NCBI GenBank assembly: GCA_964230645.1
Contig: CAXRHT010000002.1
Coordinates: 1,248,395-1,312,394 of the forward strand
DNA: 64,000 bases
From: Bdellovibrionales bacterium
GTDB lineage: Bacteria; Bdellovibrionota; Bdellovibrionia; Bdellovibrionales; JAGQZY01
Direction of reading: 5' to 3'
The translations under genes were made by a program, and so were the position numbers. Within the stretch, counting starts at the first letter, position 1. Each line of letters begins with the position of its first letter. Positions 37,355 to 49,600 of the stretch are shown here, piece after piece. The notes under the pieces were generated by a model that worked only from the letters and a program-made list of their open reading frames with translations, ran no database searches and was not told where the DNA came from.

Positions 37355-38104
37355 TTAAAGTTTAGGCACTCTTTTTTGGATAAAATCGTTGAGAAAATCG
37401 TTCTGATCATCAAACTCAACGGCCACTCTTTCGTAATTGGTCTCTTTGCGAATGTTGACCACCCGGCCTTTAACCTGAACAGCTCCGTGTTCATTATTAC
37501 TATTCACAATAATGTTCACCTTGTGATCAAGACCAATATCGGTCGTACCATCGGTCACAAGCCCTAAACCCTGACAAGATAAACTCCAGGTCACTCCACG
37601 ATAAAGCTCCGCTCGCGAGCTTAAAAAGACCTCGTTGGTGTAGGGAATTCTTGGATGTCTTCTGCGGGAGATGACATTTTTAATAGGCTCATTATTAATA
37701 AGTGCTTCAAGTGCCCCTTCATTAAAAGGGTGGGCTTTGGCAAGCTCAAGCCAGGCTTCAAAACTTGAGTGCCTGATGAGATTATCCAAATGCAACCTTT
37801 TCTGCTGATAAAACTCCAGCATCTGTATCAATGAAAAAGGGCCGAAACTTCTTGAGCCATCTTTGACATACCAGTGATTAAATAGTGAATCATAGGAATA
37901 ACCATTGGAGGCTAACATAAGCTTGCCAACTAAAAATTGCGAAAAGTCTTGAAAGTCTAAAAGAGGGACCCAGATTTTTTCACCGGGTAGACTGGCTTTA
38001 GCAACGAAAGGAATCGCTCCTGACGATAGCTGAGATAAAACGTCTAAATAAGATTGATCACTATGAAGCGACCGACCCACCTGAATATCGCATTTCTTTT
38101 CCAA
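37355..38104 (-). CDS. GYF_2-domain / PilZ-domain protein (putative c-di-GMP effector)
   Basis: WYVKDGSRSFGPFSLIQMLEFYQQ (GYF_2-like) sits mid-protein. The C-terminal part has RRRHPR plus SLSCQG, a PilZ RxxxR / (D/N)xSxxG-like pair. TTG start, so the 5' end is uncertain. Confidence 0.65.
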   Translation of the reverse strand: MEKKCDIQVGRSLHSDQSYLDVLSQLSSGAIPFVAKASLPGEKIWVPLLDFQDFSQFLVGKLMLASNGYSYDSLFNHWYVKDGSRSFGPFSLIQMLEFYQQKRLHLDNLIRHSSFEAWLELAKAHPFNEGALEALINNEPIKNVISRRRHPRIPYTNEVFLSSRAELYRGVTWSLSCQGLGLVTDGTTDIGLDHKVNIIVNSNNEHGAVQVKGRVVNIRKETNYERVAVEFDDQNDFLNDFIQKRVPKL

Positions 38105-38258
38105 AATATAATCCCACTTTTAATGCAGCAATAACCCCAGAATTTATTATACGGGTGACTTATAGAAATTGGGAAGACCATTCCCTCTTTGAGACAGTCT
38201 AAAGAAGAGGAATTTATAACCCCTTGAAATGGTTTGGAGATTCCTGTAAGAATCTTGT

Positions 38259-38963
38259 ATGAATTCTAGCCAATTATCCGAGCGCTTAAAAAATCCAAAT
38301 AACGATGATTTCTTTGTCTTAGATATCGACTCAACTTTGGTCACTACATTTCAGCGCAACCAAGCCATTCTTGATCAATTCATTGAGGATTACTGTGAAA
38401 CACACCCCAGTGAGTGCGAGAAACTTAGGAAAGCATCTTGTCAGCTTGGTGATTATGGCATCAATACGGCTCTTAAAAGAATAGGGTTTAAAAGCGACAA
38501 TGCAGACTTTGACGATTTTCTCCATAACTATTGGAGAGAACGCTTTTTTACCAATGACTATTTACACTCTGATCAACCCACTGAGGGAGCGATCGACTGG
38601 ACCAATAGTCTTTTAGAAAAAGAGATCAATTTTGTGTTTCTAACAGCAAGACACTTTAAAAATATGTGGCCAGGCACTCTGTCTTCCCTCAAGGCACTCA
38701 ACTTTCCCATCCACGAACAGAATCTGATATTAAAAGAGAACCTTAGTGTCGACGATGAAATTTATAAAACCCAAACTCTTCAACGCCTAAAAGAAGAGAA
38801 TAAAGACAAAACCATTTGGTTCATCGATAACGAGCCTGTGGTGCTGCACCAAATTAAGAAAGATCACCCTGAGGTTCAATTGGTCTGGTTTGACTCCTGC
38901 CATTCTGGTAGAATGCAAGCGCCCCCGAACACGCCTTCAATAAAGAGTTTTAACTTTTTATAG
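38259..38963 (+). CDS. HAD-superfamily hydrolase-like protein
   Basis: FFVLDIDSTLV (DxDxT nucleophile motif) near the N-terminus. Confidence 0.6.
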   Translation: MNSSQLSERLKNPNNDDFFVLDIDSTLVTTFQRNQAILDQFIEDYCETHPSECEKLRKASCQLGDYGINTALKRIGFKSDNADFDDFLHNYWRERFFTNDYLHSDQPTEGAIDWTNSLLEKEINFVFLTARHFKNMWPGTLSSLKALNFPIHEQNLILKENLSVDDEIYKTQTLQRLKEENKDKTIWFIDNEPVVLHQIKKDHPEVQLVWFDSCHSGRMQAPPNTPSIKSFNFL

Positions 38964-39111
38964 GTTTGAACCTACCTTAGTCCTGCATTGAAACACTTGA
39001 AAAATGAGCCCGCCCTAAAGCTCTTTTCTATTTGATTTTCTTGAAGTTTTTCCGAAAAAAACTAAAATAGTATATAGGTGCTAAAAAGAATTTTACCCTT
39101 GTAGGTTTAAG

Positions 39112-39969
39112 ATGAACTCAACCATTCGAAAATGGATTCTCCTTGCTGATGGCGACGATAAATTTCGTAAGTCCATTAGTGATCTTTTGGTCTCTCATTT
39201 TGGCGATCAAATTAAAATCATTCAGACAGACAATGGTGGCACGGCTATTTCCAAAATTAAAAATCAGGTGTTTCACCTCATTATTTCTTCGCTCGATCTA
39301 CCCAAAAAAAGTGGTAAAGAATTAGTTCAGGCTGTGAGACAAAATCAGTTCAATCAGACCTCTCCCATTGTCCTTCTCTCAGAAGGGACCGAGGAGGAGA
39401 ATGCAAAGATTGAAAAATCATTTGAATTTGTAAACTGTGTCACTAAGCCTGTTGACCCTTATGAGTTTGCCAAAGTAATTCGAAACATTTTTAGTATTGG
39501 CTCAACAGAGAAAATGATTTCCGCGAGTATTTTCTCAAGCCTCCTTGATTCGTCACTCGGGTTTTTGAAAGAGGCACTGAAAAGAGATGATTTCAAAGTC
39601 GGAGAGATGAAATTTAAGAAAAAAGGCGAAGAGCTTACAGCGGACCAAGCGGCAATCATTACCGTTCATATTGGAAAGGTCTCCAACACCTTCTCGGTTT
39701 TGTGTAGTGCTGAAACCTTGGAAGCTCTCATGCAAGGCTCAGAAAAAATTTCTGGAAAATCTTTGAATGTAATTTGCAAGTCGCTTGGTTACGTCATTTT
39801 AAAGCACGTCTTAACCGAATGTGGGATTATCAATCATAATGAAGTCAAAACCAAAGACATCACTCAAGACCCCATGCTTTTAACGGAAAAACAGGGAATT
39901 ATTGTTCCCATCTCTGCTAACAATATCAATTACAAAATATTTGCCACCACAAAAGGTGATGAGATTTAA
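39112..39969 (+). CDS. Response regulator: receiver domain plus uncharacterised C-terminal domain (possibly CheX/CheC-like)
   Basis: REC signatures: LLADGDD, phospho-acceptor context IISSLDLP, IVLLS, VTKP. The ~150-aa C-terminal domain is unassigned. Confidence 0.75.
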   Translation: MNSTIRKWILLADGDDKFRKSISDLLVSHFGDQIKIIQTDNGGTAISKIKNQVFHLIISSLDLPKKSGKELVQAVRQNQFNQTSPIVLLSEGTEEENAKIEKSFEFVNCVTKPVDPYEFAKVIRNIFSIGSTEKMISASIFSSLLDSSLGFLKEALKRDDFKVGEMKFKKKGEELTADQAAIITVHIGKVSNTFSVLCSAETLEALMQGSEKISGKSLNVICKSLGYVILKHVLTECGIINHNEVKTKDITQDPMLLTEKQGIIVPISANNINYKIFATTKGDEI

Positions 39970-40520
39970 ATCTTTTTTTGAGTCTCAAGATAGTGTAGCG
40001 CCTTTGAAATCGAGGCAATCATAATACTGTGATCGACATCCCCGTTTAGTAAATGCTCTTTGAGTTTATCAAGAGAGCAGAAATAGAGACTTAAATCTTC
40101 AAACTCATCGAGATTCTGTTCTTGTACTTTCTCGGAGTCAAAAGCAATAAAGGTGTGCATGCGGTTACTCTGTAGAGCAGGATTAGGGAAATGACTGCCG
40201 ATTGAGACAATATTTTTAGAATTAAACCCTGTCTCTTCGAGCATCTCTCTTCTGGCTCCCTCTAAAAAACTTTCTTGAAGGGAGGGATCCATTGAGCCTC
40301 CTGGTACTTCGAGGTGCTCCTTTTTAGAGGCATGACGGTACTGCTTCACCAAAATAGCTTCTCCGTCTTTTGTAATCGGCAGTATGTTGACCCAATCAGG
40401 GAAATCCATCACATAATAGCGTGGCATCACTCGACCGTCGGGAAGCTCGCACTTTTCAGATTTGAGTGTAAAAAGGCCTGATGAGAACAGTTTTTTTGTG
40501 GAGAGCACTTTCCAGGTCAT
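39966..40520 (-). CDS. NUDIX hydrolase (ADP-ribose pyrophosphatase-like)
   Basis: Nudix box GGSMDPSLQESFLEGARREMLEETGF. ATG 40520 has AAAGGA 5 nt upstream. 40526 is an alternative start. Confidence 0.85.
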   Translation of the reverse strand: MTWKVLSTKKLFSSGLFTLKSEKCELPDGRVMPRYYVMDFPDWVNILPITKDGEAILVKQYRHASKKEHLEVPGGSMDPSLQESFLEGARREMLEETGFNSKNIVSIGSHFPNPALQSNRMHTFIAFDSEKVQEQNLDEFEDLSLYFCSLDKLKEHLLNGDVDHSIMIASISKALHYLETQKKI

Positions 40521-40629
40521 AATCATCCTTTTTCAATTGATTAAGAAACCTCAATTTTTTACAGGAAGACTCTAATGTCAATGGATGTTTTCTAAGAATA
40601 GAGGCAATGGATTTTAATTCAATGAGTGA

Positions 40630-43600
40630 TTAGTCAAACGCAGTAACCCAAGCAAAATAAGCGTGAGTGCCCATGACCATAATTGTGTAGACCGTATGCT
40701 CACCGGCTGTGGTCGCACCGTGTCCGCTTGGTAAGTGAACTGTTAAAGATGTGGAGCCCGCATCACTATAGGCATTAAATGCACAGGTGCCGGATGTGGT
40801 TCCTTGCACTGCGAACGAATACGTTCCACCATCTTTTAAATTATGAAGATCAAAGGTTTGGCAGTTTTCACTTGTGTACTGTAAATTTCCATCATCAAAA
40901 TCGATGGTGGTCACAGCTGCACCATTAGAAATAGAGGCTGAGTTGCGAATGGCACCATTGACTTCAAGGGCGGATTGAGGACTCGCTGTACCTATTCCAA
41001 CGTTTCCAGCAAAATAGTTCGTATCGGAGGCTCCGACTTGGTAAACTCCATACTGATTGGTCCCTGACAAATCATCAATATAAAGTCCATAAGCATTTGT
41101 TAAAGTGCCGGAGTTTGAGTTTTTTGCACGAAAGCCGTAGGCATCAGTAACTGTTCCGCCGTTGACCTTGATTTCACTCAAAACACCAGTGTAGTCACCC
41201 ACTGTTCCAGCTAAATTTTCCATCTCGTTATAGCTACCTATACCCTGATTGAGACTTGTAGCCCAGTTCGAATTAATGTTGTAACTGCTAATTTGTTGGT
41301 CCTGGGCATTTGGAGAGTCACCACGGATAAGATTTCTAATTCCGATAATTTTACCTGAATGAGGATCACCATTTTTATACATCTCGTTGTTGATGTGCGC
41401 GTAGTCACCAGAGGCATCGAAGGGATTACTCTCGACACGGACCAAAGCTCCACCAAGATTTATCATATTTGCACTACCTACTAAGAAACTACCATCACTT
41501 CTTGCTGTTGCCACGGTCGAACCGTTTGCTTCTAAATTGAAATTGTAGTTATCATTTGTACCGATTGTTATTGCTGCACCATTTGAATTTCCACCATCAG
41601 CAATATCGCCAGAACCGCCACTGATTCCACTGGAGAGATCAAGACAGTTGGAGTTATTTTCATCACAAATTTCAGACGCATTGATCGACCCGGTTCCAAC
41701 ATCTAGAGCGACGGCCGGAGCTGTTGTACCAATCCCTACCCTTCCGTTTGGTGCCAAGGTGACGTAGTCCTGATAGGTACTGCCATCGAAATAATTAAAC
41801 ATTAACTTATCGGCATCAGCGCCGACGGTCGATCCGTTGCGGTAGTTAATGCTCCACTGATTTGCGTTGACCGTATTAGCCAGATTAAAATACGAATAGT
41901 TGTAGGCATCTAAAGAGCCTCCTGTTGAAGTGACCACGCCCGCGCCTGTGTCGCCATAAGCTTCCACCGCTGCCGCTGAAAAATCACCTGACACCTCTAG
42001 CATTTTACTAGGACTTCCCGTGCCAATTCCAACATTTCCAGAGGCTGTCACTCTTAATCTCTCACTACCCGCTGTGGTTAAGGCAATACTGTTGGCCACG
42101 GGGTCATGGATACCGGTATCGTTATCACCAGTAAAACTATAATCAAGATCCGCTCCGGCACCATAGCCGGCGTCAATTCTATTGAAAAAACTAAAGGAAC
42201 CCGTATTCCAACGGAGAACCTGTCCTCCGTTTAACGCAAATCCCAGATCGTCTTCCGCAAATCGAAAAAAACCCATATCCTGATCACTATTAAATGTAAG
42301 GGCAGGACTTGCTCCTGTACCATCTGCGAGTAAGAGACTATCAGTCATTGGCACCGATCCGTCAGCGAGGAAGTCTCCCCCTGAACCGCCGCCAGATGTA
42401 TCCACCCAAGTGGAGCCATCATAAAACTTCAGTTTATTAGAATCAGCACTATCAACAGCTATATCCCCTGCAGCAGGAGATCCTGGAAGAGTCGTTGGTG
42501 TAATTCGTGCGGGACCATCTACATGTAGCAGGCGTGCTGGAGCTGTTGTTCCGATTCCTACATTACCCGAGCTATCGATACGAACCCTTTCATCGTAAGC
42601 TGTGGCCCCTGTCTGCTGCCCAATAACAATGTCAGGTGTTCTTCCAGAAGAGTTTGCAATCGCTCCTATGTAAGCCTCTTGTTGGTCAGACGCCAAGTTT
42701 CTAGCTTGTAAACTTAATCCTGCCATTGCAGAGTCTAAATTGTCGGTATTTTGCACATGAGGTCCTACCATCACCGGACGATAATTACTTGATGAAGAAG
42801 GGGCATAGACTCCCCAGGTTCCTGGATAGGAAACCAACAAAGGATTTAAAACGCTTATTCCACCACTATGGGCGTACATCTGCATCGTACCAGCCGCACT
42901 TAATCCCAATGAATCTCCGAAAGGTCTAAAAATACCTGTGTCTTCATCACCTTCAAAGGCGACACCTGGAAAAGAGGCCGAACCGAAGTCAGCCTCAAGG
43001 GCACCCGTCATTGGCACACTACCATCAGCTAGGAAGTCACCAGAACCCGAACTCCACCCTGCTGAAATATCTTGGCAATTGGCTCCTGTTTCATCACAGA
43101 TTTGTTCGGCTCTTATACTACCAGCCACATCCAACAGAGAGCCTGGAGCTGTGGTTCCGATTCCAACATTACCACTATCATCGATTCTGAATCTTTCCTG
43201 ATAAGACGTGGCTCCGGTTTTTTGCCCGAGAACTATTGCCGGTGAGCTTCCAGTAGACTCTGCAACAACTCCTAAGTAGGCACTCTGATTTGTTGAACCA
43301 CTGTTGGTAACCTGAAGTGAAACCCCTCCATAGGAATTATCTAGTGAGTTTGTATTATAGAAAGTCGCTGTACCTCCATCAGGGCCATATAAACTACCAC
43401 TTGAAGGAGAGTAGGTACTTGAACTCCAAATTCCTGAAAAGAGGGGACGGAATAGCGTAATAGCGGATCCGTTAAGAGCCATCACTCCATTGCCTCCCAC
43501 GCTCAGAGCCATTTCATCAGAACCCGATCGAGTGATGCCAGTATCCTCGTCACCATCGAATGTGATACCTGGTGAAGCTGAAGTTCCGTACACAGCCTCA

Positions 43601-46600
43601 AGGGCTCCGGTCATGGGCACACTACCGTCAGCTAGGAAGTCACCAGAACCCGAACTCCACCCTGCTGAAATATCTTGGCAATTGGCTCCGGTTTCATCAC
43701 AGATTTGTTCGGCTCTTATAATCCCTGCCACATCTAACAGAGAGCCTGGAGCTGTGGTACCAATTCCGACATTTCCTGTCTGAGTAATTTCCATAATATG
43801 GTTGTTATTAGCGGCAATAGCTATGTCGGAATTCACCGACTCTAAATACAAATGGTCTCGGGCCCAAGGCACTCCGACCGCGTCGTTTCCGTAACCAACC
43901 CATCCAGCTACAGCTCCCAGTTCGTCTTGAAACTCTATTGTGTTGTAATTACTGTTTGATGTGGACTGAAGAACAACTGTGGTATCGGCGCTGACGATCT
44001 CAAGAGGCCAAGAAGGATTGTTCGTACCAATTCCCACAAAACCTGAGGAATTAATTCTCATGGCCTCAGATCCTCCAACGGAGAAACCAAGTGTATCAGC
44101 TCCGGCTCTATAAATTCCTGTGTCTTCATCACTATTAAATGTGTAACTGGGAAAACCTTCACTTGATCCAGAGTTCAATCTAAACGAGCCAGCATTGTTA
44201 TACTCGATACCTGTCTGATTAAAAGTCATACGCTGAACGCCGTTGACGCTAACACCCATATTATCAGGCGCTGCAGAAAAGAAACCAGTATTGCTGTCGT
44301 TCGCAAAAGAAATACTTGGGGCAGCCCCTGTGCCGTCACCAGCTAGTAAAGTGTCACCATCAGTGTATCCTGTACTTATACCAGCGGACAAATCGATACA
44401 GTTAGTATTGTTCTCATCACATATGGAGGCGGCATTTATTGTTCCTGTGTCGACATCTAACTCAACTCCAGGATTGAGAGTATTGATACCCACATGGCCG
44501 GTATCTTCTACAACCAATCTATGAGCATTGTTATCAATATCATAAACAGCAAACCAGTTATCGACACCATCATCCAAAACATCGATCTTAAAACCTTTTC
44601 CACTCGTTGCATTTGGAGTCAAAGCTAAGCTAGCTGTATTGTCTCCGCTTGGGCGATCTCCAATGACCACGGACTCGTTGACGGTGGGAGCCCTTTTCTC
44701 TCCACCGGCAAGAAGTTGGCCGGCAACATCTAATTTACCAGCAGGAGTTTGAGAGCCTATTCCGACTTGTCCTGTGGCATCGATTCGAACAGCTTCATTA
44801 CCACCGGTAGTAAAGGCCAATTGGTCGGCAGCACCAAGGAACATTCCTGTGTTGGCATCACTTGCAAATGAAACGGCAGGGTTTCCCTGGTTTCCATCGA
44901 TGGCATCAAATTGACCCGTCATTGCCACTGAGCCATCAGCCATAAAATCGCCAGAACCAGAACTCCAGCCCGTTGAAATATCTTGGCAATTGGCTCCAGA
45001 TTCATCACAAATTTGCTCTGCACGAATAATTCCTGCAACATCCAATTCAGAAGCTGGGCTCGTTGTACCAATTCCAACATTTCCAGTAGAACCAATCAAA
45101 GTCATCAATTCCGTGAGAGCACTGGATTGCCTAACATAAAAATGAATATCTCCTGAGGCACTATTGGCACCCCTCGTAGAAGCTAAACGGCCAGAGTCCA
45201 CACCACCACTTTCAAATAATATTCCGGAACCTCTGGAATCACCAGCGCTTGTGTTTGTAAGCTTAAGACTGTCACTGATCCCCGTAAAATTTCTGAATAT
45301 CTCAACTTTTTCATCGGGGGTTGTGGTACCTATACCAAGATTTCCGACACTATTGATACGCATTCGTTCACTACCACCATCAGTGCTGAAACTTATGGAT
45401 TCGCCGGTATCGGCATCAATATTAATTAAACTTCCATTCCAGCCGATTGCACCATAATAACCACCACCAAAATGACGGAAATTAATTCTATTAGCATTGC
45501 CTGAAGAGCCATTTCTTAGATTTAACTCAACTCCGTTGGTATCACTGGCTCCACCGTAGCCGAACATTTGAAAAACTTCGGAACCATTCATATCAAAACG
45601 AATATCATCATCATCGGGCCCTGCCTCTAACCGAATTCGTGTGTCACCATCAGTGTCTTGGAGGACTGATCCTGGAGAATTGCTACCTACTAAATCAATC
45701 CAGGCCCCACTTTCATACCCCTCAAGCTTGGAAGTAGTAGTATTATAACGAAGCATCCCGTTTTCACCGGTGCCAGGTCGCTCACCGGTTGTCCCCTGAG
45801 GAACGACAATCGCATCAGTACCTGATACATCGAGGATAGCGGCGGGATTTGTTGTCCCAATCCCCACATTGCCTGAGGTATCCACTGTAATCGCTGTTGA
45901 ACCATTGGTAAGTAGGCTCAAGTTTTGAGCGTTTGTGGTTCCAATTTCGAGATCTCCTGCAGGAGCATTTCCACCGTCAATCACGTAACCATCATCAGCT
46001 ATAATCGCTTCGACTTCTGCGTTGGAAAGAACGAAGTTTGAGCGAGTCATCTTCCTTAAAGCACCAACGGAGGCATCATAGATAAGAATTTCATCACCTG
46101 CGGCGACTGAGGCCTCGGCGGTTTCGTTAGTAATATCTACGTTGACCCCTGTTCCATCCACTGTGATCGCATCTCCACCTTGCACGGCTAGAGTGCGATC
46201 GACGGAAAGATCACCACCACCGGTTAATCCATTACCCGCTGTGATTGATCTTGAATCAGAAACTTTGTCAGCCTCTAGCTCCACAAGGGCTGCTTGTAAA
46301 GTTGTTGCAGTTAATGGTGTGGTTCCTACAGGAATCACTGTCGGATCAAAAGCACTTTCATCAAGTGTTAAGATGACATTGTCGGCATCAGAAGAAACGG
46401 CAATTTTGCCATTGGCAGAACCGACAGATTTGAATTCAAGATTTAATCCGTTCTTAGCTTTAAAAACACCTTCACCCGTTCCAACATTAGCCCCATCGTT
46501 GACTTCACCACCTGCAGCGGTTCCAAAGGCTGTCCAAGTGGAGCCATCACAAAATGAAACGGCTCCGCCTACGTATTTTAATGTTCCCTCTTTTGTACCA

Positions 46601-49600
46601 TTACAGAGAGCCGCATCGTTACCAATTTGCACCCCACCAGCAACTTGTAATTGCGAGGTGGGAGTTGTGGTTCCGATACCAACAAGACCGCTGTTTTGAA
46701 TAGTCATTCGGTTAGAGGCATTGGTACCAAAATGTAGATCTGTGTTTGCGAGATTCCAAACATAGGCGTCTCCTCCCCCAGCTACACTCGCAATACCTAA
46801 AGCTAAAGTGCCGGCATCTGACGCCGTACCTATTGTCGCTTCAGCATTAACCCCTGGATCTAAATTGATAACACCAACACCCGTGGACGCATTGTCTGAA
46901 TCAACAATCTCCAGTTTACCACTAGGATTAGAAGTTCCAATTCCCACATTTCCTGAGGAGTCGACGGTCATTACTGTCGAATTATTTGTTAAGAAAGTTA
47001 AGTCTTCGGCGTTTGTTGTACCAATATCTAACGAGCCAGTTGGTGCATTTCCACCATCGATAACATAACCGTCATCAGCAATAATCGCTTCCACTTCTGC
47101 ATTTGAAAGTACAAAGTTCGAACGAGTCATTTTTCTTAAGGCACCAGCGGAGGCATCGTAAATTAAAACTTCATCACCTGCCGCAACTGACGCTTCTGCG
47201 GTTTCGTTGGTTATATCGACATTAACGCCTGATCCGTCCACTGTGATAGCATTGCCACCAACTACTTCGATATCATCCGCATTTACATTAATACCGTTTC
47301 CAGCACCGACGGCTAAAGTTCGGTCCGTACTTAAATCGCCGCCACCAACAAGACCTCCACCAGAGACGACGGCTCTTGAGTCAGAAACTTTATCGGCTTC
47401 AAGTTCTACAAGTGCTGCCTGTAAAGTCGTTGCGGTTAACGGTGTTGTCCCTACAGGAATCACTGTTGGATCAAAAGCATTTTCATCAATTGTTAAGGTG
47501 ACATTATCAGTATCAGAGGAAACAGCTATCTTTGTATTAGCTGAGCCAATCGATTTGAATTCAAGATTCAGACCGTTTTTCGATTTAAAAACTCCCTCAC
47601 CGGTTCCAACATTGGCTCCATCATTGACCTCTCCACCAGCAGCGGTTCCAAAAGCTTCCCAGGTTGTACCATCACAAAAAGAAACAGATCCTGCGTCGTA
47701 CTTTAAAGTTCCGGCTTTTGTTCCATCGCATAGGGCTACATCATCACCAATTTGTACACCACCAGTTACCTGTAACTGAGCTGTTGGAGTTGATGTGCCG
47801 ATACCAACGTTTCCATCCTCTCGAATTATCATTCTTTGAGTGTTGGAGCCGCCACTTGCAGTTGAAAATGAAATTCGGCCATCATTATCCGGGTCAGCCC
47901 CTGTCGAAATATCTATACCGGCTATTCGAGTTCCATCATTGTTTGCTCTTAAAGAAAAAACACCCGCACCAGAAAATGTCCTGTCTGCATCTACCAGCAA
48001 TTTTACATCATTATTACCAGTGTTTGTTAAAGCTATATTCGAGCTAGTTGCACTGTATATTTGGAGTTTAGAAGTCGGTGCCGTCGTTCCAATACCGACA
48101 TTCCCATTGTCATCAACAATAAAACTGGTTGCTCCGTTATCTTGTACTTGAAAGTTATTAGTGCCAGTCAGGTTCCACACAACATCCGTGGAGTCCACTG
48201 TTATCGCAGAACCATTGTTGTAGGCATCGTCTAAACTTTGAGTTTCCGCAGTTAAGTATCCTGCGGCCGCATGATCTCCCCAAGCAAAGGCCTGATCCCA
48301 ATCTGCCGAGTTATCGGTGATACTGCTATAAGTTCCAGGTGCTGTGCGAACTAAAATACCATTTCCAGACCACACAGTATCAAGCTCAGTTCCAGTGATG
48401 TTTTGTAAAAATCCTTCATTGGAAGCGAAGGTTCCAACCTCACTTTGACTCAGTACAAAATTTGACCTTGTGATTTCTTTTAAATTCCCAGCGTCTTCAC
48501 TGTCTCTAATTAAAAGACTATCGGCAGCAACGGCAGAAGTTAATTTGTCAGCCGTTCCAGCGACATCAACATTAACACCTGTACCATCCACACTTATTCC
48601 GTTTCCAGCTCTGACTTCAATGTCGTCAGCATTCACTGTAATACCGTTGCCAGCTCCTATATCAAAAGTGCGATCAGAGCTTAGGTCACCACCACCAGTT
48701 AAACCTTGACCTGCTGTTACACTTCTTGATTCTGCAGCCACACTTGTCCAAGAGAGAACTCCGGCACCACTTGTTTGTAGCACTTGCCCTGCTCCACCGT
48801 CGTCATCCGGGAGAGTCCACACAAAGGAAGACACTGCATTTACAGTGTTCGGCGCCTGGAAACCAACGTACTTTGTTCCCGTATCCTGAAATCTTAATTC
48901 TGTAGTCACACCACCATTAAGATCCATCACCAGATTTCCGGTCATAGAGTCGCCACTTTTAGCGACCTTTTCAGCACTTAATTCTTCAATCGCTCCCTGA
49001 ACTTCTGTGGCTGTATCCACATCACCACCATAGGTGTTATCAAAAGTGATCAGGTCAGCATCGTAGTCGCCGGCTGTAGCTATAACATTGCCTGTGCGAC
49101 CGAAAACTTGAGTGACTCCCGCGTTGACATCCTGCCAGGAGAGCACTCCACTTCCATCGGTTTGTAAGTATTGTCCAGGGTCACCATCGTTATCCGGTAG
49201 AATTAAATTAACCGGTGCCGCAAGGGCTGCTGGTGATTTTAAAGAGACATAATCAGAACCGTTTCCGGTAGCCTCAGCAAGTTGTAACTCACTTTCGTTT
49301 TCTAAGTTAATATTACCAGCAGAATTAATCCCGTTGGTAACACCAATCCCACCCGAGACGGTAAGGTTGTTGCCTATACTAGCATCTTGGCCCGCACTTA
49401 AATTATTGGTGGCAGAAATATTGTTGTTAGCTGAAATATCATTCGCATTGGTGATGTCTTGATTTCCCATGTTGATGGAACCAGTCATGGTTCCACCCCC
49501 CAATGGGAGTTTATTCACATCGTTTATCACTTGCGAGTTCCACTGCGTGCCATCCCAGGTCAGGACTTCGCCATTCTGACCGGCACCAAGAGCACCGAGG

